A stretch of 64,000 nucleotides of DNA from Octopus sinensis (lineage: Eukaryota). The stretch spans positions 41,168,001-41,232,000 of the forward strand of contig NC_043003.1 of NCBI RefSeq assembly GCF_006345805.1, read 5' to 3'. This document shows, one piece after another, positions 39,541-51,491 of this stretch; position 1 is the stretch's first letter, and every line of letters begins with the position of its first letter. A program made the position numbers and the translations under genes. A model generated the notes under the pieces. The model was not told the origin of the DNA. It worked only from the letters and a program-made list of their open reading frames with translations, and searched no databases.

Positions 39541-41240
39541 AAATATCTTATGTTGGAGATCCTGCCAGTGACGGTGTCATGAAAAAAACTTCTGGTGGCT
39601 GTGCGACATAAAATTCACTAACCCTCATCATGAGTGCTGAGATGAGGCTGGAACAACGGCGTCAAAGAGGCTGGAACCCCTTGTGAAGGTCTCTCACTCA
39701 GCGGGTGCCTCACGAGTGAACAGCGTGGGCCCAGTTGTCATCAAGCAACTGTTAAAAGAATGTGGACGAAAGAAATGAATGTGACGTTAGAGATTGCTAA
39801 TTTCTGGGTAATCCGAGAAAAAATAATGAAGTGCCCACTAGGGTATATAAGAAAAGAATGCACATGGCATGGAGCGACAAAGGTCTATCTGAATTAAGTG
39901 AACAAAATCTGTGTGACCAAGCTAGAGCCATTAGAATGAATGAATGGTTATCTCCAGTTGAACTAGAAAGCATTAAGAGACGGGTGCGTAGGGATAATAA
40001 GACCAGCGGTGAACGGAATGATGAGGAAGAGAATGCAGATAGTGAAACTATGGCAGTAGAGTTGAAGGAAGAAAACGAGCATGAGGCTGAGATAAGAACA
40101 GGAAAGCGATAAGAAAACCGTACAACAGATATCGATTTTAAATGAGATCATTGATTCGTGGACTTCTGGTGAATAGAGCTTTTATACGGGGTTTAGAAAA
40201 AGTAGACAGAAACAAACTCAATGAATGGGCCGGAAGATAAATGAAATCTCTGGAGATATCAGGATTGACAACATCTCAGATACCTACAGTCTGATAAATT
40301 CAATCGCGATCTTTATAGCTCGGAAGTTAGGTTTGAAAGTCAACGGTAAATGTCGACATAACCTGAGGGAACCATGGTGGAAAAGTAAAATAACGCAGAC
40401 TATTAACGAGACCAGAAAACATATTAATATTCTGGAACAGAAAAAAGAAGAAAAGAGGCTCATCGAGAGAAATATGTTGAGCTAGAGAGGAAGTATAGGG
40501 TGAAGGGAAAGGGATTCAATGTTGTGATTCAGGAATTAAAACAGAGGTTGAAAACTAAAGCATATACATTACAGAGATATGAAGAGAGAATTGAGCAAAA
40601 CAGATTAAACAGTCTTTTCGAACAAAATTATGTACGAGTCTATCAGGAACTCGATGGGAAAGAAAAAGGTGAAAAGGCCGTGCCAGATGCTGGAGAAAGC
40701 AAAAGACTCTGGATAATCATGCGGTGTAAGGAGAAACAACGCGAAACTGAAGCAGAGTGGTATCAGCAGGAGGATTTGAGAACAACTGAGGAGATGATTT
40801 TGGCTTAAAATCTTGACAGCTCTGCACGGGAAAATTGCAAGACAGCTGGACGAAATACTGAGTAGTGACATCCAAGAACAGGCCAGGATAACAAAAGGAG
40901 GAACGGTACTACGCCAGAGGGACCCAAGTAAAGGTACAGTCAGTTCTTGAAGAATAAAGATAAGGTTCATTGGAAAAGAACCTGGCAATGGCTGCAGAAA
41001 GGAGACTTAAAAGAGCCCACTGAGGCATTGGTTTGCAGCGCCCAAGAACAAGCTCTCAGAACAAACTACACCAAATATCACATTAATAAAAGCGCTTACT
41101 CACCACAGTGTAGGATGTGCTCTAAGAAGGGGGAAAGTATAAGCAATATTGTGAGTACTGTAAGTGCAACACAATGCGAATACAAAAGGAGACACGACAA
41201 TGTGGCCAAATATATCCACTGGCTGTTGTGCGTTAAATCA
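39541..41240 (+). mobile_element. R4/Dong subfamily C, internally deleted (lacks the RT core)
   Basis: N-terminal KRMHMAWSDKGLSELSEQNLCDQARAIRMNEWLSPVELE and EPWWK, then a jump at ~40941 from GGTVL.QRDPSKGT to TWQWLQKGDLKEPTEALVCSAQEQALRTNY...CRMC...RRHDNVAKYIHW. Confidence 0.85.
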
Positions 41241-41375
41241 AACGGTTTATTGTGCTACAGTTCACACCGTCCTTTCTTTTACACTACATACATGCATGAT
41301 CAACCAATTGCTTTCCTCTACTCGTGATTTTTAAGGCTTGTTTTCTATGTATAATTTTTAACTGTTAACTCATTA

Positions 41376-41474
<99 letters not shown>

Positions 41475-42876
41475 AATAATAATAATAACAACAACAACAA
41501 CATTAATAGCAATGTAGTGAGATACAAACATCAGTAAGGTGAATGTAGATTTTCTGCATACGATAATGTTGATGTATTAAAAAGTATTGAAAACAATAAT
41601 TAACAGATAAAATGTAATAAAAAATACAAATAAGAGAATGCAAATTTTATTTGAGCTGGGGTGGGGGATATAGAAATGAAACCCATGACTGTGAATGGGC
41701 AGCAAAGTGGCAGATGTAGCGAAAGAGTGTGCGGTTGATATGTCAAAAGGTTAAAAATGGTAAAACGTTTTTTAAAAAATTGTTAAAATTAGTCGTGAAT
41801 TTGACTACATACGTTGGGAAAGGTTTGCGGTTTGTTATCAGTCGGGAATCGTGTGGGAGTGTGGTGAGACAGTTTTAATGTTTCAGGAGGAGGGAGATAA
41901 TAAGCCAGATAAAATAAAAATGAGAAAATAAAGAAAGAATAGAATTAAAACAAACTAAAAATTATGGGAAGGTGAAGAAGAAGATAATGAGGAATATAAA
42001 AAAGGAGGAAATGGAAAGGAAAAAAATATTAAGATAAGTGATGATAAAGAAATATAATATTTGAATTTGTAGGAGGTAATTAAAGTCAAAATATGTTACA
42101 AATAACATAAAGCTCCGAAACTATTAGGGGAAAATATTATGTACGAAAATTTTTTTAAATGTATAAAAAATAAGTACAAGTTCATAAATTGTACGGTTTG
42201 TTACTAAGAAAATCTGGATAAATAGCAAAAATACGCTGTGTAGTGTATAAGAGTGTCTGGAATACAAATTTTAATGTGAAGGAAGGGGGAAACTAGAGAG
42301 TACAGAGGTTTCAGAAGGAATTATTAACTTATCCAAGAGTAGAATTGATGTAGGAATAATATAATGGAGACATGTAAGCTAAATAACTGGACTAAATTAA
42401 GATATTTGGACAAAAAATGCGAAACAATAAAATTGTCTGATAAAAATATCATAGTTGTTGAAAATAGTACTGATTGTATAGATTAAAACCGATAAGAATT
42501 GAATGGTATTATGATGGGAGTGTTGTGGCTGCACGTCGAACGTCGAAATTACGAATGTACGTCGCAGAAACATACATTTTCCACCAAACCATAGATACCA
42601 CAATTTGTTGAATAAAAACAACATGAATATCTCAGTCTATCAAATCATAACTTCTTACAAATTACAGTAAATTTTAACCAGAAGGAAATAAAAACCTAAT
42701 AATACAAATCTGAAGTGCAACTGCAATAACACATGACTTCTCTTAGGGAAATTTGTCACAAAAGAAACGGTTTATTGTGCTACAGTTCACACCGTCCTTT
42801 CTTTTACACTACATATATGCATGATCAACCTATTGCTTTCCTCTACTCGTGATTTTTAAGGCTTGTTTTCTATGTA

Positions 42877-43421
42877 TTGGGTTGTCCGTAAAGTTCGTGC
42901 CGATTTTAAAGGAAAGAAAAATATCACTTTTAATCAACTAAATAGGAACCATTTTGCTGCACAATGCGTCTCCATCTTTCCTTTAACTTGAAAATACCCT
43001 CTTCCCAGAATTGATGTGGTTTCATGGCAAATGATTCATCAAGGTATCTTTTTACGTCATCCAAAGAATAGAAATATTTACCATTAAGACTATTCTGCAG
43101 AGGCCTGAATAAGTGGAAATCCGAAGGAGCAATATCTAGTGAATATGGAGGGTGGGGTAACACATCCCAGCCGAGCTGTAGCAATTTTTGTCTGGTTCCC
43201 AAAGCATCAAGTGCCGAAAATGAACATTCTTATCTCCTATTTTTAAGGGTTACAAAATTAACACAGGTTATAGGAACATAAACCTTCTTCCACGAAAAGA
43301 TAGCTTAAACAGTGCTCTAAATGGCGGTGTAGTCAAATCGTATTTTATGAACTCAACCATGTTCTAAAATAATTCGAACGGTAAGCTGCTATAAATCGGC
43401 ACCAACTTTCCGGAAAACTAG
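42877..43421 (-). mobile_element. Internally deleted mariner transposon with TIRs and TA TSD
   Basis: ORF 42930-43202 reads LGWDVLPHPPYSLDIAPSDFHLFR...LKERWRRIVQQNGSY (YSPDLAP-type motif). TIRs ttgggttgtccgtaaagttcgtgccgattt and aaatcggcaccaactttccggaaaactag, with TA on both sides. Confidence 0.9.
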
Positions 43422-45926
43422 TATAAGTTTTAACTGTAAACACATTAAAAACTGGTAAAACTATATAATAGGTTTTAGGAAATTCTTTCGCATAGCTAAA
43501 ATATACGATCGTAATAAAAGAACATTATCAAGCTTGTGCCACTAAATTATCTCAAATCTGAAAATAGATGCTACCTAATAAACATTGTGAAATAATCTCC
43601 TCTTTATGGTGTACATATTTGGTGTCACTAAATATCTAAATCATAAAATGCAATGAATACTTACTGCTTACAAGCAGATAGCCATGACTTTAATAAAAGA
43701 ATAAACATATCAATAAAGAAATAGGTAACGACACCCCCTTAAGGTAGACAGTCAATTCATACAATTTCTACTCTATGAAATTCAATACAAAATGGATGGT
43801 TTGTATTGTCGTTCGGTTTTATTCTGATGACATTCAACACGTAATATTGCTGCTTACGCTACGCTATTTGTTTATAAAGTTGTCTATTAGTCGAGATTAT
43901 ATATTATATTCTTTGAAATTTTATTCATTTCGATGTGACTGAACTCGAGTTTTCATATAATTATGTAACTTTACAGAAGTTTGTAAGTACATGTTTGTGT
44001 GTGTGTATGTGTGTGAACGTAAATATAAACGTATATGAAAATATGAAGCTGCTCATATTCATATAAATTAGGTATGTATATTCATACATGTATCAATGAA
44101 TATGCGTTTCCCTGGGTCGATAAGTGTCAATATAAACATTTGTTCCATGTGTTTCCATACATTTCTTAGTAAATATTCATATTTCTACGTCTATATATGT
44201 TTATATGTACTTGTGGTTATGAATATATATGTGTGTGTGTGTGTGCAAGTGTGTATGCGTGTGTGTATAAGTGTGCTTTTGTGCGTACACATATATATGG
44301 AATTGTTTATGGGAGTTAAACGCATTTTGTTTGGCATTTATATAAGGTTATGTGTTTCCATACTTCCTTTTCTTTACCGTCTATGCATATTTATATACGC
44401 ATGACTTTCATTTTGCATAGTCTTATACAACTAATACTACATGATTTCCATTTCGTATATACTTCAATATTTCAACTGAACTATCCAAATTATTTTATGT
44501 AAATTTCCAAATCATTACCTTACATATTTTTTCCTACCTTTTTACACGGTACACCGTTCTATACAATTTTACGTAATACATTTTACTTATTTAAATATTT
44601 TACTGATTTACAATCTGCATATTTAACTACACCGATCTATACAAATTTACTTATTTTACATTAAATATAATTTTCCGTTGCACTGAGTTAAACTACCTTA
44701 CATGTATGTATTTAGAAACGAGATTTCGTTCACGTTTTTAGGTTCAGCGGAACTTCTTAGGATACCATAAGTGAAATTTAATGTATTTTCATAGTGAACC
44801 CCTTATATATTTTTATGTAGTTAATGTTGTAATATATCTCTGCTATCAGTTTCACACCGGTAATCAAGTGCTAGTATTTATTGCAAGTTTAATTTAAAAT
44901 ATTGAGTTTAGCACGAATTTACTTGCACTCTTTGTAGTTCTTAGTGACTTCAATAAGATCAAAATAAATAAATGGCTTCAAAAATGTGAACTTAACGCAC
45001 GTATATATTCGCTCGCACACACACAAACACGCTCACACATGCGCGTGCACACAAACACACACACCACACACACACACGCAACTTGAGTTATGCAATATTC
45101 ATAGTGATATTTACATTTTTTAAATATCTTTTACATAATAATTTGCTAACATCTGTTTTGAACTAATGCATAACATAGACTCGAATCTTTTAGGGAAATT
45201 TATAAACAAAAATTATATATATTTGGCCATTAGTACAGCATATAAAAACAACGCACATCCACAAAAACACACACTTAGAAATGCTTAAGCATCTATATTT
45301 ATATACATATGCACACATGCACATACGTGCAGATACACGCACGGACACATGCGTATATAATATACCCTCTCACTACAACTCGAAGTATTTTAAAAATAAA
45401 ACATTTAAACCCTCACTTTAATTACTTCATTTAATTAAAAGATGGAATACATCCTCAGTCCATTTTCCCACTTCACCGATTCCTGACCTTTATTCAATTA
45501 ATTAATAATTTTTATTTCTTCCTTTTAAAATTCATTCATGCTTTTTATATCATTTAATTCATATTTCTTTGTTTATATTTCTTATCCCTTATTATTCTTT
45601 ATTTACTAATTTAAATATTGTTTATATATTATATAGATTTTTCTTTTCCTTCATGACTATATAATAATTTTTTATGAGCTTGGCTCATAAAAATTTCTTT
45701 CTGACCTTTGTAATTTTTTCATTAGATTTCTATTATGAATGATAAGCATAAAATTTCCTATCAATGCTAATTTAGCAATAAATGTTAATTTTACTACCTC
45801 TAAGTAGCCTCATTTTAATGTAGTTTACCTTCTGATTTCTTATAAAATTCCAGAGGTAAATATTTTCACTCATTGAATAAACCCTCTTGCGAAAATTAAA
45901 GGACCACTCACAAGCATTTTATTTTC

Positions 45927-46306
45927 GGCGTAGGCGTGATTGTCTGGTAAGAAACTTGCTTCTCAACCAAATGATTTCGGGTTCAGTCACACTGCGTAGC
46001 GCCTTGCGCAGTTGTGTTCGACGAAAGCCTTGTGAGTGGATTTGGTAGACGGAAACTAACAGAAACCCGTCGTATGTGTGTGTATGTGTGTGTGTGTGTT
46101 CTTGTACCACCTCTATCGCTTGCCAACTGTTGCTGCTGTGTTTATGTACCCGGAACTTAGTGGTTCGGCAAAAGAGACTGATAGAATAAGTACTAGGCTT
46201 GCAAAGAATTATTCGTGGGGACCATTTCTTCGACTAAACAATTTCAAGGTGGTGCTCCAGCATTGTCACAGTCAAATGAGTGAAACAATTAAAAGGATAA
46301 AAGAAT
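45927..46306 (+). mobile_element. SINE family S3
   Basis: Homologous to 14663 along its length. Confidence 0.8.
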
Positions 46307-46689
46307 GCATTTGAAGAACAAAAGATAGCGGCAAAATACTTGGTGAACAGAAGAAATAGTGTAGCCCTTGCCGCCCCAAGATGTAATCCATGGTGTGGAT
46401 TATGCCATTGCTATGGAAGACGTCACATGTGTAATTAGAAGCTGCCCAAAAAGTCAAGAACATACTCCTCTATATGTGACACAAAGCTTCATTAAAAAAA
46501 AATATACGATAACGTTCGAAAAAAAGACTGCCTTGGAATAATATAAACTCCGCTGTTATTGAATATGAACATACATACACAAACGTCAACACAGGAAATA
46601 TTTGTGGAACAATTCATCAAGACTTCTGTTAAGTGTAAACGTAACATACCAGATACTGTCATTTGGGACAGACATGAAAATGTATATAT

Positions 46690-46932
46690 GTTAGTTAGTT
46701 AGTTAGTTAATTTGGCTCAAAAGCAAATAGCAAGGCCATGTAGGGGGACATGGAGTTAAGTACAGGGTGGTGTTCATGTAAAGAGTTCAGGCCACTTGAG
46801 GTCCAGGGAGGCTTTGAACAAAGCGGTCGTCGGCATCTTCACCATCTCGTCTGGCAGCTTGTTCCACGGGTCCGCAACCCGGACGGAGAAAGCTCCTCTC
46901 CTTCGATTGAGATGAAATCGTCGCAGGTAGAG
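46690..46932 (-). mobile_element. CR1/L2-group LINE 3' end with a (TAAC)n tail
   Basis: Reverse complement translates LYLRRFHLNRRRGAFSVRVADPWNKLPDEMVKMPTTALFKASLDLKWPELFT* (FS.RV..WN.LP...FK..LD motif), followed by a short UTR and ctaactaactaac. Confidence 0.8.
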
Positions 46933-47789
46933 CGATATATATATCCTTAGAAGTCAGCTGCCTTGCCCGATGTGAATATCCCTTCGAAAATCAAAGAAAA
47001 GGAGGATAACTACCGACAACAGTTTCAAAACTTTCAGCTTCTATATCCAAATTATAAATTCACATTTTATAGTAACAATAATCAATGGACTTGGCTTTGT
47101 AAGCAAATGCTCAAGTGACAATGTGGATAAACTAGGGTTTTAATAAAAAGAAATCAAAACAGCTAATTCGCATGTTACAAATGCAATCTGATAGTGGAAC
47201 ACTGAAAATGTGCAAGACTCTTCTTCCTCAACTTCAGCATGTGGATTTTCTCATGTTATGCATATTCTAACGATGGAACATTATATGTTTGTTAAAAGGC
47301 TACTCCTTATTCACAAGATTTCAACAGAAGAGAACATACATATATGTGTGTTGTGTGTGTCTATAAATATGGGTATATATATGATTTATGTACTTCAGGG
47401 TGATACGACCCTGTCTGACATGTGTCACGGGCTCAGCTGGCTCCGGCTGACAATACCCGGTATGGGCCCCTATCCAGAGTTACGGAAAGGAGACAACCTT
47501 CAAAGAAATCTGGAATGAAACGCCGTTGGCGGTTTAGTGTTCGACTCGATACTATTCCGGCAGCTCCTGCAACCAAGTTGGTGCCAAACGTAATGCTCTG
47601 CACTCCTTTGGACTACGTCAGCAGGGTCGAGAGAGGAATTCTGACGATTAGGTTACCCAAGATTTTCTTACATCTAACCCAGGCCTGGAGAAAAAACTGG
47701 AGAGGACATGAAATGTAAAAACCAGACTGGATTAGTTTAAGCGCAACTCCATTGTCTCTCGTGACAAAAGGATGCCAACAACAACATTT

Positions 47790-47867
<78 letters not shown>

Positions 47868-47880
47868 TGTGTGTGTGTGT

Positions 47881-47922
<42 letters not shown>

Positions 47923-48365
47923 ATCTTCTATATTTTAAAACTATATGTTTCTTATGGAATTCCGGTAGCGCGTGCGCAACCGTATACAGGAACCTCTTTT
48001 ATACTACCCCTAGCTGAAATGTTCATGACAGGACTACAGTTTATGCGCATGCACCAACACAAGTAATTCCCCATTTGAATGTTTACTAGCCAAACATTGC
48101 ACATACGAATATCTCTACAAGTTCATTTGCTATTTGTGTGTGATATAAGCCATTCAAATATATTCATTGTTATTTTGTTACATATTCATTATCATTAATA
48201 CTGTGTTTTCTTCTTGATTATTCAATACTGATAATACTTTGTTTTAAGCCTGTTTCAGTTACCGGAAACATTTTGTGTTGAAATCTTTTCGGTCGTACGA
48301 TTCACTCTCACAATTGCAGCATGTATTTCATTGTCCTTTTTCAGTTAATTTTATTCATTTATTAA

Positions 48366-49012
48366 GGCGGCGAGGTGGCAGAATCGTTAACACGCCGGGC
48401 GAAATGCTTAGCGGTATTTCGTCTGCCATTACGTTGTGAGTTCAAATTCCGCCGAGGTCGACTTTGCCTTTCATCCTTTTGGGGTCGAAAAATTAAGTAC
48501 CAGTTATGCACTGGGGTCGATGTAATCGACTTAATACCTATGTCTGTCCTTGTTTGTCCCCTCTACGTTTAGCCCCTTGTGGGTAATAAAGAAATAGGTA
48601 TTTCGTCTGTCTTTACATTCTGAGTTCAAATTCCGCTGAGGTTGACTTTGCCTTTCATCCTTTCGGGGTCGATAAAGTAAGTATCAGTTGAGTACTGGGG
48701 TTCGATCTAGTCGACTGCTCCCACTCCCCCAAAATTTCGGGCCGTGTGCCTAGAGTAGAAAATAATTTTATTCATTTATTAGGGCGGCGAGCTGGCAGAA
48801 TCCTTAGCACGTCGGTCGAAATGTTTAGCGGTATTTCGTCTGTCTTTACGTTCTGAGTTCAAATTCCGCCGAGATCGACTTTGATTTTTATCCTTTCGGG
48901 GTCGATTAAACAAGTACCAGTTACGCACTGGGGTCCATGTAATCGGCTTAATTCCTTGACTGTCCTTGTTTGTCCCCTCTATGTTTAGCCTCCCGTGGGC
49001 AATAGAGAAATA
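48366..49012 (+). mobile_element. S1 SINE dimer (48366-48762) followed by an S1 monomer (48782-49012)
   Basis: Two ggcggcgag heads and three body units. The 18-mer aattttattcatttatta occurs before, between and (16/18) after them. Confidence 0.9.
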
Positions 49013-49740
49013 AATATTATTCATTTATTTATCATTGTTCTTAATATTAAATGCGCATTCGAGCTGGCAAAATACTTAACGCTTCAACTTCCACAAATAT
49101 ATCAGGAACTCCATGTGCGGGCCATCCTCCTGGCGCAGCTTGAGCTTGTGTTCTTTCTATTGGTCAAGACGGCTGACAGCAGCAAGGAGATATCTATTTT
49201 TGAAGAGAGATGCATCTACCGAACCATGGACAAGATAACTATCATAAGCCCTTCATTTACCAAGGCATTTCAGTCAGACAAAACCGAACAACCATAGTTG
49301 CCATGACCGCTTCCCACAGTTCATCTTTGCTTGACCATCAAAATACTTGGTGTTTCTTTAAAAATATCCTCGCCCAGAGATTGTAGAGGGCAGGTAGAAT
49401 GCTTGCTGTCTTGTTCATTTCGAGGCGCAGACTTTCATCTCCTTCCATACTCGAGAAGATTTAAAACGATATTTCCAAATAAAATCCTGACCTTCTTCAG
49501 AGCAATCAATTAAATACGGAGAAAGAGCTGGTAATATCGATATTTACTGACAAAAAACTTTAGAATGATGCTGATGCTCATGATGATGATGATGACTATA
49601 ACGTAAATAATAATAATGATAACAATAATATAAATATTGATATTAATAATAATACTACTACTAATGATAATAATGATAATAATAATATTAATAATAATAA
49701 TAATAATAATGATAATAATAATAATAATAATAATGATAAT

Positions 49741-49771
<31 letters not shown>

Positions 49772-50111
49772 TAATAATAATAATATAATAATAATAATAA
49801 CAATAATAATCATGATGATTTCGAGGGGTTTTATTGTATAGGCATTTAGCCAATTTTCATGTGTGCTGTTGATATCGATTCAATAAAATATTCTGTGATA
49901 ATGCTGTTAGAACTGAAACCAGCAGAATGAAATACTGTAAAGCATGTAGCAAAAATGCTTTATCGTTTCTGTCAACAATAATTATTTTTCATTTTTGTAC
50001 TTCGGCAAAAAGCCAGTTCATGACTGGGACGTGGAAGGCCCAGCGTTTGAGTCAAGGACAACCGATTGAGATATACAGACATGCATACATACGTACATGT
50101 GTGTATACGTA

Positions 50112-50162
<51 letters not shown>

Positions 50163-51071
50163 TTGTGTGTATGTGTGTGTGTGTGCGTATTACTTTGCTT
50201 GCTATTGAAGAAGAAGAAGAAATGAATGCTAGACTGAAGTGTGGCGAGGGAGCGGTGTTTAAGTGAAATAGTTTTTGCCATTTCATTTGATTTACTATTG
50301 TCTGACATCTAAAAATGGCTCCTTTTGTTGAAACAAAGTCAAAGACAATGTAAAGATTAAATCAATAACAATATATTACTGGTATTGCACACAGGCCACC
50401 GAACGGACCTCTATATCATCGTTCGATCTACTAAAATTAGTAGTGCGGTATCACTTGAATCTCTTTTTTTTTCTTCATATTTATAGAGAATATATTGGAT
50501 AATGTCATGTTTGGTGCGGTAATCCTGTAAACCAAGACGTGAATATCATGGTTTTAATACCTCTGAGGATATTTCTGCGCGATTAAATTTGACCTGCGGA
50601 TTAACAGTAAAGATTGTCAGTAATTCTTCGAATCACATTGTGGCCATTTACGCAGTTACATTATCTGATAGGAACATCAGGTAAATTTCCCTGGAACGTA
50701 CATAACAATCTTTAAAGCGAGGTATAGCTGTGATGTATAAAACAAAACCTGATTTTCTAATATCCGAAGAAGTAGCCAAAAGATGCTTTGTAGTTGAAAT
50801 ACTGAGAGATAGATCAGCCGAGATTAAACAACAAAAGAAATGCGTTGCATTTAATGGACTCTAGAAGAATGAAAGACTAAAATTCGCCACATATTTATTT
50901 CAGAGTGGGGTAGCAAATCAAGTAATTTTGAGGAAAATATACCAAGGAAGTGTGATGAGTATTCTAATTAGTTTTATCGAATACCATTATAATTAATGAT
51001 AATTGTTCTAGCGATCCTTGAATGACGGAAAGCAAAATGGAACTCCGATGTTTAGAGGCAGACACTTTTTG

Positions 51072-51491
51072 GGATCTTTTCGGTTTGAGCGGCAGTTTTT
51101 TCTAGCGGTGTCATATGAAATTGTCACCCATAATTATGACCCTAGTATCGATCTATTGCATTTCAATCTGTTTTGGGGTTAGGGTTAGGGTTAGGGGTGG
51201 GGGAAGGGTGTCTATTTTGTTCAGAAATGTAAATAAACCCAATCTGTTTCTTAAACGAGGGACATATTCATACGGCACAGAATGCTTTCTCCCCAATAGA
51301 CGTCATTGATTGGTTGAAATTGCAGAAATTGAAGAAAAAAAAACAACAAATATCTTACAAACTATAGAATTTTCTCAATAAAGCCAAGAGAAAAAGATGT
51401 TTTATAAACATTCTAACAGTATACGAAGTTTAAAAGTGTTTAGTTACGTGGAAACTATTTTACAAAAATGCCGTTCAAACCGAAAAGATCC
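51072..51491. mobile_element. 420-bp non-autonomous DNA transposon (MITE) with an 8-bp TSD and internal TTAGGG repeats
   Basis: TIRs ggatcttttcggtttgagcggca and tgccgttcaaaccgaaaagatcc. Identical ACTTTTTG at 51064-51071 and 51492-51499. gggttagggttagggttaggg at ~51175-51197. Confidence 0.9.

Noticed and set aside
47395-47760. GC-richer island with several short hairpins, possibly a LINE 5' UTR with an HDV-like ribozyme
   Set aside because: A trial fold gave partial P1, P3 and P4 but an over-long J4/2 and a weak P2. The element identity is unknown.
49070-49500. Possible Tc1-like transposase C-terminus on the minus strand (NLWA, SSKDELWEA)
   Set aside because: Too fragmentary to assign, and no TIRs were found.
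50560-50760. Possible integrase-core remnant on the minus strand (LPDV..SDN)
   Set aside because: A single weak motif with no LTR or other domains.
51175-51200. Interstitial telomere as a chromosome-fusion scar
   Set aside because: It has only three units and lies inside a MITE with TIRs and a TSD.
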